Source: a virus
Reading direction: 5' to 3' (one strand)
DNA: 64,000 nt
IMG/VR virus record: IMGVR_UViG_3300027719_000004
Span: 2,824 to 66,823 of that record
Shown here: positions 27,869-36,350 of the stretch, piece after piece
How positions within the stretch are numbered: the first letter of the stretch is position 1
Layout of the letters: each line of letters opens with the position of its first letter
Translations under genes and position numbers: made by a program
Notes under the pieces: model-generated
Database searches by the model: none
Seen by the model: only the letters and a program-made list of their open reading frames with translations
Told to the model about the DNA's origin: nothing

Positions 27869-28150
27869 GCTATCGGCCAGCGCCTCTCTTGCTACCGCTG
27901 TCGCGTCTTCAATCGTGTAGTCCATCTCAGGGCAGGTAGTTGCCGCTATATTTTCGAGGGCTTCTTTGTATCTGGCTATTTTTCTTTCAAACTGGCAAAT
28001 TTGAGCCACGTAAAATGATCCTGCTCTGTTATGGAATTGGCCCTGCAGCTCTTTTACTTCTGTGGATAATCTCTTTAAGGCGAGTGCTTGCATTGACCTA
28101 CTATTTTTATTCCGTTCAGCCTCTTCAAATGCTTCTGCCAGTGTCATCAT
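27863..28150 (-). CDS. Hypothetical coiled-coil protein (cassette 2)
   Basis: Stop TAA is the TTA of the GTTAGAG core; YKEALENIA...VAREAL motif. Confidence 0.65.
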   Translation of the reverse strand: MMTLAEAFEEAERNKNSRSMQALALKRLSTEVKELQGQFHNRAGSFYVAQICQFERKIARYKEALENIAATTCPEMDYTIEDATAVAREALADSL

Positions 28151-28169
28151 AATCCGGCTCCTTTGCTGC

Positions 28170-28232
28170 CTCTAACGGCTCAATCAAGTGCGACTGGCTT
28201 ACAGCCAGCGCCTTATCTCGTTCTCGTTAGGT
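28170..28232 (+). other. attC site, short form (63 bp)
   Basis: CTCTAAC-GGCTC-AAT[C]AAGT-GCG[A]CTGGCT-tac-AGCCAG-CGC-CTTAT...GTTAGGT. Confidence 0.8.
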
Positions 28233-28234
28233 AT

Positions 28235-28429
28235 TTAGCCAGTAATCTCTCCGCAGCCAGTACAAAAAATCTCAAATCCAAAGTGGTGTCCAAGGGTGTT
28301 ATCTTTCCCAGCTGCAACCGCTTCATCTTCTGTGTCAAATGTAGCAAGCTCTTCGTGTTCATCACCTACAACTAATGGTGCAATCCCACCGCTACAGCAA
28401 TTCAGCATTACAAAATATGGTTTCATCAT
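28235..28429 (-). CDS. Hypothetical protein (cassette 3)
   Basis: 64-aa ORF bounded by GTTAGGT and ACCTAAC; RBS GAGG. Confidence 0.6.
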   Translation of the reverse strand: MMKPYFVMLNCCSGGIAPLVVGDEHEELATFDTEDEAVAAGKDNTLGHHFGFEIFCTGCGEITG

Positions 28430-28491
28430 GGTTATTTCCTCTCTGCACCTAACAGCTCAATCAACTCGGACTGGCTTGCGTTTTCCATCTC

Positions 28492-28785
28492 TCACTCCTT
28501 AATCCGCTCAAGGGCGGTACGGGCAATATCCTTCAAAAATACCACTTGCAGCAAGTCTTTCTCAGCAGTCCATTTAGTATATGTTATCCTCTCCAACGCC
28601 TCCGTTGCTATAGTGAGCTTCTGGTCTAATTCCACTACTGCTTGGTCGCTACTAGCGTTGTGCTTTTCAAGTGTAGCCACCTCTGCCAGCAGGGAATCAA
28701 CCATCTCAACACTATGAGCATCAAAATACTCTTGCTCTGTTGGTAGCACTGTTGCCCTGATCTCTTTAATTTCTTCGATGGTCAT
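28492..28785 (-). CDS. Hypothetical protein (Ead/Ea22-like pattern)
   Basis: LLAEV..LE...ALERI pattern. Confidence 0.55.
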   Translation of the reverse strand: MTIEEIKEIRATVLPTEQEYFDAHSVEMVDSLLAEVATLEKHNASSDQAVVELDQKLTIATEALERITYTKWTAEKDLLQVVFLKDIARTALERIKE

Positions 28786-29051
28786 AGGATTGGCTCCTTC
28801 TGGGCGGCCTCGATGCGTTTGTTCCTGATGTAATCTACAAGCGTTACCTGAGGCACGTTGGGGCTAAGGCTGGATATAAAGCTGATGTCTGGCTCTGTAT
28901 TTGAGTCTCTGTACTGGTAAGAATTTGAAGGGCCGGACTCCTCTACCATGGCCGCACCATCTAAGGCAGCCAACAGATTGCTCATCTCTTCTGGCGACAG
29001 CGGTCTGGTGAGTATTGAACTTCTCCAAGCCACCTTGATCAAAACCCTCAT
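28782..29051 (-). CDS. Hypothetical protein
   Basis: Coupled ORF; RBS GGAGG. Confidence 0.55.
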   Translation of the reverse strand: MRVLIKVAWRSSILTRPLSPEEMSNLLAALDGAAMVEESGPSNSYQYRDSNTEPDISFISSLSPNVPQVTLVDYIRNKRIEAAQKEPIL

Positions 29052-29302
29052 GCCAACCTCCTCTCTGTCAGCACTCTTCTATAAACGCCTAGCTGGTAGT
29101 GGGCTGCCTCAAGTTCTGAACTAAACTCCCTACCGTCTGAACACTCATAAACTATGACCTGATGTCGCAATGGGTATTCTGCCTGAGCTGGAGCGGCTAA
29201 GGTCTTCAACTCTCTCTGTTTGGCTGCTCTCATGTGATAGTAAGCCCTGTCTTTACAGATCTTGCACGTAGGCAGGTTGCAGTCGCATTTATGTGGTCTC
29301 AT
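29048..29302 (-). CDS. Hypothetical Cys-containing protein
   Basis: C.C...C..C at the N-terminus; YECSDGREF motif. Confidence 0.55.
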   Translation of the reverse strand: MRPHKCDCNLPTCKICKDRAYYHMRAAKQRELKTLAAPAQAEYPLRHQVIVYECSDGREFSSELEAAHYQLGVYRRVLTERRLA

Positions 29303-29303
29303 G

Positions 29304-29477
29304 TCACCCTCTCTTTACCAGTCGCTGTAGTGTTGTTCTGATCAAGTCTGATCTACTTATCTCTTTGTCTGCTGACAATGCGTCCAGAGCATCTGCCAGA
29401 GCTTGCGGAACCCTGAAATGTATGATCACGTCCTTGCCCGGCGGACGGTATAATGGGTTGTTACTCTGCCCAGTCAT
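29304..29477 (-). CDS. Ribbon-helix-helix (CopG-like) protein
   Basis: Translated by hand: ...VIIHFRVPQALADALDALSADKEISRSDLIRTTL; RBS GGGAG. Confidence 0.7.
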   Translation of the reverse strand: MTGQSNNPLYRPPGKDVIIHFRVPQALADALDALSADKEISRSDLIRTTLQRLVKRG

Positions 29478-29587
29478 GTCGTGCTCCCTTCTTCAGCTTG
29501 CGTGGTGGTATGATCACGTAGACCAAACAGGCGATACCTCCGAATAATATAGCCCTTGCCGCTATCCAGTCAATCAAGAAGTCCATC

Positions 29588-30421
29588 TTAAACCTCCTTC
29601 TGGGGAGTCATTTTAAAAGAAAAGACAGCACGGTATTCTGCGAGTCGGTCTTCATATTTCCAAGTGTTATTCTCTGCATCCCATTCATGTCTTACGCTCC
29701 TAGTAACAGGTTCATAGGAGTAGCTGGACAGGATACCCTTCTTCTCAAATATCTCAGACAGTTGCTGACAACGGTTTCGGTGCCAAGCGATCTTGCGTAG
29801 CTCAGACACGTCGTCCAGAGTGTAGGTCATAGAGCCAACCAGTGAGTCTGCAGACACTTTGCCCTGCTGATTCCAATACTGTTGGACATAATTCCATCCT
29901 ATGTCGAACCCAGACTCGTCGTTGATCTTGGTCGATGCGCCACGAAGCGATGCTGTGATTGACTTGCGTGATGGATAGGATAGGCCAGCTGGGAGATCAG
30001 TGATGTTAATAGGCTGAGTGACATTACTGTCTTGGACCACGTTATCACTGTCTACGTACCAAAAAGCCAGTCTACTGTTGCTGGCATAGTTGTTGCTGAC
30101 TGTTACTTCCCAAGCCCCGTTGCTTCTTGAACTTGCGTAGTAAGATAAGTACTTCAGGGCTACGGTTTTGCCTTCGTGTAATACCACTGTCTCTTCATTG
30201 CATCCGGTCTTGTTCTTCCATTCTGCCAATGCCCACTCCTGAAAGGCTGTCCTGAACTCATGGTCAGCAGTACCTTCATGCTGGCGTCTCATGCTGTTAA
30301 GTTGTGATCTCTGCTCTTCCAGCTTTTCGATCTGCTCTGTAAGTCTGGCCTCTATGGACTTGTGCTGTCTGGCCGACTGCTGCAATGCGGTATCTGGTTT
30401 GGCTATATATGGCTCAGTCAT
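29588..30421 (-). CDS. Hypothetical protein
   Basis: 277-aa ORF with RBS AAGGAG. Confidence 0.65.
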   Translation of the reverse strand: MTEPYIAKPDTALQQSARQHKSIEARLTEQIEKLEEQRSQLNSMRRQHEGTADHEFRTAFQEWALAEWKNKTGCNEETVVLHEGKTVALKYLSYYASSRSNGAWEVTVSNNYASNSRLAFWYVDSDNVVQDSNVTQPINITDLPAGLSYPSRKSITASLRGASTKINDESGFDIGWNYVQQYWNQQGKVSADSLVGSMTYTLDDVSELRKIAWHRNRCQQLSEIFEKKGILSSYSYEPVTRSVRHEWDAENNTWKYEDRLAEYRAVFSFKMTPQKEV

Positions 30422-30478
30422 GGCTAGTCTCCTTAACGGTATAGTGGGTGCTGGGGCTGTTAACCCCAGCTGTTGGGG

Positions 30479-31777
30479 TTATGCCCTCGGTTGCATATGG
30501 ACTACTCTCCCGAACGGTGGCTTGCGGTGCTTGTCACCGTCTGAAGTGACCACCCAAAGAACAGGGCAATCAGGTGCGGTACCGAATGAATTGCAGCACA
30601 TGTCAGTAAAAAACACCAAGCAGGTAGGCTCTTCGCCCAGTTTCCTGAGCTCTGGCATGACCGGACTAAAGTCAGTGCCTCCTCCGCCAGTGGGCCGTAA
30701 CTTGAGTGGCAGGTCTTCAGGTGTAACCGTCTGTCTACTACCAACCTGTGCGTCACAGTAAATGATCTCGATACTGGGCGGTTTCAGGTCTTCGCAGATA
30801 GCCGTGATTTCTCCGGCGAACTGATTCATATCGTGATCTGACATCGAACCGCTGGTATCAACTGCTACTGCAAAGAAGTCCATATTGCCTTCACTGCTCA
30901 TGCTGGGCAGATACAGATCTTGTGCTATGTAGCGGCGGTTAGCTTTAGCCCAGCTGTAGTCGTCCTTTGAATTGGCGGTCAGAAAGTCACGCAAGGTATC
31001 TTTCCAATCGACAACTGGCCTTAGTACCTCTGCCAGCAGACGCTCAAGACCGCCCGGGAGCTTGCCCTGTGCCTTTGCAATCTGCGCTGCCTGTTGTACT
31101 GCCTGTTGCCATTCTGACTCGTGCTCTGCCAGTTCGGCTGGGCCGTCAACTGGGGCGTCCATAACACCACCGCACTTGCCCGGATCAGGGCACTGCTCAG
31201 GCTTGCCGTCACCTTTGCCTTCACCGTCCTGATTAGATGGTGTGCTGGGCTCGTCAGACGGCGTGCCTTCACCTTTTGGGTTATCGCCTTCAGTATCACC
31301 TGCCTCACCAGATGGCTTGCCTTCAGGCTCCGGCTCTTCCTTCTGGTTCTTCAGCTTGGAATAGATCTGCTCTGCACTCATTCCCTTGTACTGGGGATCG
31401 GCAAGGCCACCCTTCAGCATCTTGTAGCCGTAACTGATCAGCTCCAGATTGATTGCGTGATCAGCTGCTATGTTAAACAGTCTGGGGTCACGGTTACCAC
31501 GGCGTGAGGTGTGATTTGCTACGCAGTGCATGATCTCGTGTAGCAGCACGAAGTGGGCGTCATCATCATCCAGCGACAATATCCAAGCTGGGTTGTAGAT
31601 CAGTTCCACGCCGTCAGTACCTGCGGTTTCAATCTCAGGCACCTCACGGCGGTTCAGCTTCATTAGCAGTATTGCAAAGAACGGCTCAGTTATGATGATC
31701 TTGATCATGAGGCGTTCAAGTTTCTGCTCTGCGGTTTCGCCTCTGTTGTTTGACTTGCGTTTTGGCATGACGTTCAT
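30479..31777 (-). CDS. Metallopeptidase-like + VWA domain protein (DUF2201 type)
   Basis: TAGTDG, LLHEIMH, NIAAD..IN, acidic linker, MIDAS DTSGS, GGGTDF, FFTD. Confidence 0.88.
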   Translation of the reverse strand: MNVMPKRKSNNRGETAEQKLERLMIKIIITEPFFAILLMKLNRREVPEIETAGTDGVELIYNPAWILSLDDDDAHFVLLHEIMHCVANHTSRRGNRDPRLFNIAADHAINLELISYGYKMLKGGLADPQYKGMSAEQIYSKLKNQKEEPEPEGKPSGEAGDTEGDNPKGEGTPSDEPSTPSNQDGEGKGDGKPEQCPDPGKCGGVMDAPVDGPAELAEHESEWQQAVQQAAQIAKAQGKLPGGLERLLAEVLRPVVDWKDTLRDFLTANSKDDYSWAKANRRYIAQDLYLPSMSSEGNMDFFAVAVDTSGSMSDHDMNQFAGEITAICEDLKPPSIEIIYCDAQVGSRQTVTPEDLPLKLRPTGGGGTDFSPVMPELRKLGEEPTCLVFFTDMCCNSFGTAPDCPVLWVVTSDGDKHRKPPFGRVVHMQPRA

Positions 31778-31778
31778 G

Positions 31779-31979
31779 TTACGCCTCCTTCATATCAAGG
31801 GCTTTGTTTACTTTGTGTAGTGCGCTGGTCATGTCCTCCTGAATGTTCAGCAGGTCAGACACAAACTCAGCACGGCATCCGTCCACGTTTTGCAAGGTCT
31901 CTTGCAGACCTAATCCTGCGTCAATCAGGGCGTTCGCTATTATTACCAACTCGTTTTCAGTAAAGTTTATCTTAGCCAT
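31779..31979 (-). CDS. Hypothetical protein
   Basis: RBS GGAGG. Confidence 0.55.
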   Translation of the reverse strand: MAKINFTENELVIIANALIDAGLGLQETLQNVDGCRAEFVSDLLNIQEDMTSALHKVNKALDMKEA

Positions 31980-32006
31980 GGCGGCCTCCTGTGACGGTAT
32001 AGTGGG

Positions 32007-32876
32007 TTAAACTAAGTAGCCTGACATCATATCCAGAATGGCCTGAGCTTCAGCTGCCACTTGTTTCTGATGGACATCTGCACCTTCACGCTTGCAGGTT
32101 TCAATCGTACCCTGAACTGGGACCAGCTTTTCTTTGAGAGCTGCAGCTACACGGTCAAGCTGAGGGTCCTTGTCAAGGTTGAGAGCTGGCAAGATAGCAA
32201 CCAGATCAGCAATGTCTCCGATCAAACTATCGTGAACACGTTGGTATTGCCCGTCCTTTAAGGTGATATGGACACGGGACACCGCATCATATACCCGTTG
32301 CCATACGTTCTTCATGGCCTCACGGTGGGCGTCTACCATGCGGGTTTCAAGGTCTGAAGTAGCAAGTGCGATCTCGTAATCGACCATCCCTTCAAGGTGG
32401 CTAAACTGGCCACTTGCTGGCAACGGGTTAACGGAGAAGGAACAGCTGTAGCCAGATTTAAAGTCGTACTCAGTGGGATAGTCGGCTTCATTAAAGGTGC
32501 CGTTCAAGGCGATACGGCGTCTTGCCATAATAGCCTGATAGTCAAGGCCCTTGATCATGTTATTGATCTTGTCAATCCCGTCACGCATCTTGTGGCTGTA
32601 GTCCATATAGAGTTGGGTTACCAGCAGAGCAGAACCTTTGTCCAACCATGGGATAGTCATATGGTAGTGGACCGATTCCCTGAGTCTGCTGATTTCCCGC
32701 TCGACATCTTCCAGTTCAGCACCAAACAAATCTTTAACTGTTTTCAGTGTCTTACGTCCTTTGACTCCGTGGTTTGCCCGTTGTTCTTCAGTCAGGGCCT
32801 TGTCTACACGGGACAGAGTGGGGCGGTTTACGTTAAAGCTGACGAGTACAGCGTGATTAGATAGGTTAAAGCTCAT
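32007..32876 (-). CDS. DUF3150-like protein
   Basis: T.PW...G..L, G.F...DYP, LP.LN...DP.L motifs; sits between the AAA and VWA genes; RBS GGAGG before ATG 32876. Confidence 0.65.
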   Translation of the reverse strand: MSFNLSNHAVLVSFNVNRPTLSRVDKALTEEQRANHGVKGRKTLKTVKDLFGAELEDVEREISRLRESVHYHMTIPWLDKGSALLVTQLYMDYSHKMRDGIDKINNMIKGLDYQAIMARRRIALNGTFNEADYPTEYDFKSGYSCSFSVNPLPASGQFSHLEGMVDYEIALATSDLETRMVDAHREAMKNVWQRVYDAVSRVHITLKDGQYQRVHDSLIGDIADLVAILPALNLDKDPQLDRVAAALKEKLVPVQGTIETCKREGADVHQKQVAAEAQAILDMMSGYLV

Positions 32877-33014
32877 GGTGCACCTCCTGTGCATTCGTTG
32901 ACGGTATAGTGGGTTAAACTTCCAGATTCTAGCGGGTGCCCCAGAACCATTCCAAGGAATAAGGCACCCTAACAACCTGATAGTTAGTTATTCATGTGGA
33001 CATCACCTCCCTTT

Positions 33015-34052
33015 TTAAGCCGCACCTAAGCGGTCACCATACAAATTGAACCAGTCAGTCCAGACCTTTGACATCATCATGGCTGGGCCAGCTGGCGTCT
33101 TACATGCGTATTCTGCCATCATGACACTGAACTCAGCAGGTAGCCGCATGGTGTACTGAAGGAATGCGTCGGCGTTGGTGCTGTTCAGGTGGGCACAAAG
33201 TCCCCCTGCCATGGCGTAAAGTACAGATACCTTTTGTGGTATCGGTGCACCAAGTGGGTCAGCAAGAACCGTTTGAGGCGGGATCATATCGGCCATGATG
33301 TCCAGAAAGGCTCCCAGCTCTACCGCTTGGCCCTTGCCGATAATGCCTGACAGGACGGCGTGATACAGGTTGCGAGTCAGGCCGTTGTTCAGGTAATCAG
33401 ATACCGCTTTCCAGCTACGTGGTGAGGCAAAGATCAGCTCTTCAGCTGCAGTCTCAGGATTGAAGTCGTATAGATTGGAGCCCTTTTTGTAAGACAACCA
33501 AGCAATAACCCCAGCGTTAACACCGGACCGGAAAGCCCAATCACGCCAGTCATCAAAGTCAACTACCATTTCCAAGTGGGGATGAAAGCGGTCAGCCAGT
33601 GCGGTGGACATCTTGCCAGCAGATCCGGCCCTATCCCCTGCCCAGTTCCCAGCAAATACCAGAGTCCATCCTTCAGGTAGTACGCTGCCCCGTAAAGCCC
33701 TTTCCTCTCCTGCCAGTTCCAGCATTGCCGCCTGATTGGCCATAGCCGCCTTGTCTATTTCATCAAACAGGACCAGACCTCTTGTGCCAGCTTTTGGAAA
33801 CCAGCTGGGTGCTGCAAAATGAGTGATTCCGTCCTTAACGTAAGGGATACCTGCCAGCTCCACTGGGTCGATTTGAGATAGCCGGATGTCGATAAGCTCA
33901 AGGTCGTTTTCCTTGCAGAACTCTTTGACAACGGCTGACTTGCCGATACCGGGAGAGCCCCAGATACCCACGTTGCGGCCTGATTTGTAGGCCATGGACA
34001 GGACTTCTTTCACGGTGCTTGATTTGACTTGCATGATGTTCTTCTTGCTCAT
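33015..34052 (-). CDS. MoxR/dynein-related AAA+ ATPase
   Basis: Walker A GSPGIGKS, LIDIRLSQ.DP..L.GIP, Walker B LFDE, AGN, AL.DRF, SPRSW. Confidence 0.9.
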   Translation of the reverse strand: MSKKNIMQVKSSTVKEVLSMAYKSGRNVGIWGSPGIGKSAVVKEFCKENDLELIDIRLSQIDPVELAGIPYVKDGITHFAAPSWFPKAGTRGLVLFDEIDKAAMANQAAMLELAGEERALRGSVLPEGWTLVFAGNWAGDRAGSAGKMSTALADRFHPHLEMVVDFDDWRDWAFRSGVNAGVIAWLSYKKGSNLYDFNPETAAEELIFASPRSWKAVSDYLNNGLTRNLYHAVLSGIIGKGQAVELGAFLDIMADMIPPQTVLADPLGAPIPQKVSVLYAMAGGLCAHLNSTNADAFLQYTMRLPAEFSVMMAEYACKTPAGPAMMMSKVWTDWFNLYGDRLGAA

Positions 34053-34119
34053 GGCTATGCCTCCTATTAGTTAGAGTTGACGGTATAGTGGGTTGTATTT
34101 AGCAGACTTCTGGGGGAGC

Positions 34120-34392
34120 TTAGTCAGCTACACGAACCCAGCCGCCTTCGTAAATATTGCCGTTGATGAACCAGTTAAAGTTGCGCTGGTATACGTCACA
34201 GAATGCGGACAGGCGTTCTTTGGTTGTTACGGAGAGCCAACCTGCGTTACTGACATAGACACCGTTGTCACGGCGTTCCACGATCTTGTTGCCGTGGAGG
34301 TATACGGCGTTACCATCGGTATGAGTGTTGCCTACTTTGCAAGGCTGACGGCGTTCAAATGCTGCTCTGATTGTTTTAGTTACTTTTTTCAT
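34120..34392 (-). CDS. Conserved phage early hypothetical protein
   Basis: LHGNKI, GW.S.TTKERL, Q.NF.W motifs. Confidence 0.65.
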   Translation of the reverse strand: MKKVTKTIRAAFERRQPCKVGNTHTDGNAVYLHGNKIVERRDNGVYVSNAGWLSVTTKERLSAFCDVYQRNFNWFINGNIYEGGWVRVAD

Positions 34393-34640
34393 GGCTAAAC
34401 CCCCATATCTCTCATTGGCCAGAACTTGGAACGGTCCCTGTCTTCCGCGTAGATGTAACGCATTAAGCTAACAAAACCTTCAGCCTCGACACGACGTCTC
34501 TTGCCTGCGTTATCTCTTATCTTCATGGCATACCTCCAAAGTAGAATACGACTGGCTCAGGATCTGGAGCTGGTGCGAACTTATCCAGCATGGCGTCAAC
34601 CTCATATTCCCAACGTTGTAGATCACTCATGGTGCACCTC

Positions 34641-34826
34641 CTATTTGACGAAGTAATACAGCCGGTAAAAGTCCTGAAAATGCACGTCATACTCCTTGCT
34701 ATTCGCTTCACTGCATATGGTTATGTGCTCTAGCTCAGTCTCAGTCACAAGGTAGTTGCGTCCGTCTGCCGTTTGCCAGATATCCCCAACCGTTACACGT
34801 ATCACGTCTTGTATTCTGTAAACCAT
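34641..34826 (-). CDS. Hypothetical protein, first gene of the leftward operon
   Basis: RBS GGAGGTG. Confidence 0.55.
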   Translation of the reverse strand: MVYRIQDVIRVTVGDIWQTADGRNYLVTETELEHITICSEANSKEYDVHFQDFYRLYYFVK

Positions 34827-34906
34827 GATTGCACCTCCTGTTGGTTATTGACTCCATAGAGCACCCGACAATTCAGATACTCTATGCAACCAACAACATG
34901 ACTTCA

Positions 34907-35095
34907 TGGCCCGATAGTCTGGTCGTTATCACCAGTCCCGTTGCCAAACGGTTTTAACCTTGTCTGGTTGCACTCCCTGAGGCTGGTGGCGTCTATTGAA
35001 AGAGCTTTGAGGCGGTCCCCGTTTGTATCCCACGGGCACCAGCTATCAGGGTTACGATATTCTATTGTCAAAGAAGGCTGACTATCTTCTGGCCA
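34907..35095 (-). ncRNA. Highly structured leader RNA candidate
   Basis: Closing TGGCC..GATAGTC/GACTATC..GGCCA; internal stems CTGGT/ACCAG, CCGTT/AACGG, CCCTGA-GCTGGTG/CACCAGC-TCAGGG, CCCGT/ACGGG. Confidence 0.5.
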
Positions 35096-35855
35096 CCGTT
35101 ACCTGTTCGGACAGGATTGGGTAGCCACTCCAACCGTATCGGTTGTAGGAGCCGGGAGAAGATATTCAGTTGTAAAAGAACCGTTGTCGTTGTAACTGCC
35201 CTTCGACAATTCCTTTGTCTCACAACTGTAATACTTTGTCAAGCTTCTGGGGAGTACAGAGCAATCTGTTGGGATGTATACTATATACATGTTGGTAGTA
35301 GGCATGAATGTTGTAATAGTAATAAGCCTTTAAAAGAGCAGTGTTGTAATATGTTCTTTGTAGTAACACCGAAAAGTGGGATAGGCTCTATGGTTTGGCA
35401 TGCTTTGTATCACAGAGTAGCAGAAACGCTACTGTATCAATCCCAGTGTTATCAACGAGTTGCAGGCAAGGAGGGACAGAGTAGCGGGGTGTCTCTGAGT
35501 CGTGTTAGTCACAGGATAGTCATATTCAGGACGTGTTGCCAGATAATGTATAATGATTACAGGCGTTTGAAGACGAAGGGCAAAGGTCTATAGAACCTTT
35601 TCCCAGTGTTTTCGGGCCTGAGCAGCGGTATAATGGCCGTCTTTCCTCCCCTGCCCCCTGCCCTACCCCCATGCCGGTATGGTATATCCCGTGTTTGCGT
35701 TGGGCGTCCTATGGAGTATGAGTCTCTACCTATGTTCGGACTTGTATTTTTTCTGCTAACTGATTTCCCCTATAATAAAATGTAAACACTATCTTCCCCG
35801 CGTATTGTTGACACCCCATTCGCTTTTTATTAACTTCTTCCTAGGGGGTATAAAC

Positions 35856-36350
35856 ATGAAGATAAAATATAGGGATTTAGACGTAGAGATAGACGAATTT
35901 GATTTAGACAAGCTACTGGAGTGTAATTGGTCCCCAAGAAAAGTGACACGTAACCACAATATCTATCTATACAATCACAAGCGTGGGCCCATACATAGAT
36001 TTATTTTGGGCGTAACGGACAGGTCCGTGGCGGTCGACCACATCAACGGCAACACTCTCGACAACAGAAGAGAAAACTTGCGGCTTGCCACCAATAAGGA
36101 GAACTGTCGCAACGCAAGTAAGTGGTCACGCAAGCCGACATCTAGCCAATACAAGGGCGTTTGCAGAGAGATCAAAAATGGTAAAACCAAATTCGTAGCC
36201 TACATCTACCCTGATGGTAAGACAGTGAAGCTTGGAAGGTTTGATGATGAGCGTGACGCCGCCGCAGCATACAACGATGCAGCCTCTAGGTTGTACGGGG
36301 AATTTGCTAGGCTTAATGTTATAGCACAGGACTGTGATTTCATAACTTGA
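35856..36350 (+). CDS. HNH-AP2 homing endonuclease
   Basis: HRFIL, VDHINGNTLDNRRENLR, SQYKGV, LGRF.....AA.AY..AA..LYGEFA.LN. Confidence 0.9.
   Translation: MKIKYRDLDVEIDEFDLDKLLECNWSPRKVTRNHNIYLYNHKRGPIHRFILGVTDRSVAVDHINGNTLDNRRENLRLATNKENCRNASKWSRKPTSSQYKGVCREIKNGKTKFVAYIYPDGKTVKLGRFDDERDAAAAYNDAASRLYGEFARLNVIAQDCDFIT

Larger units (their letters stand above)
27542..28466 (+). mobile_element. Array of three integron-type gene cassettes with no integron integrase in the window
   Basis: Core/inverse-core pairs GTTAGGT(27542)/GCCTAAC(27747), GTTAGAG(27862)/CTCTAAC(28170), GTTAGGT(28226)/ACCTAAC(28447); two complete attC folds and one left half. Confidence 0.8.
24415..34093. repeat. Seven co-oriented copies of ACGGTATA(A/G)TGGGT
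   Basis: Copies start at 24415, 25080, 29445, 30436, 31994, 32901 and 34080. Confidence 0.9.

Noticed and set aside
24415-34093. CRISPR array interpretation of the 14-bp repeats
   Set aside because: Repeats are too short, spaced by hundreds to thousands of bases of coding DNA, and no cas genes are present
25080-34093. T7-like phage RNA polymerase promoters (CACTATA in the motif)
   Set aside because: No single-subunit RNA polymerase in the window, and one copy would fire straight into a terminator; not excluded if a polymerase lies in the missing part of the giant ORF
35099-35593. ORFs 35099-35305 (-) and 35117-35593 (+)
   Set aside because: No clear RBS, atypical composition, and they lie in the divergent regulatory gap
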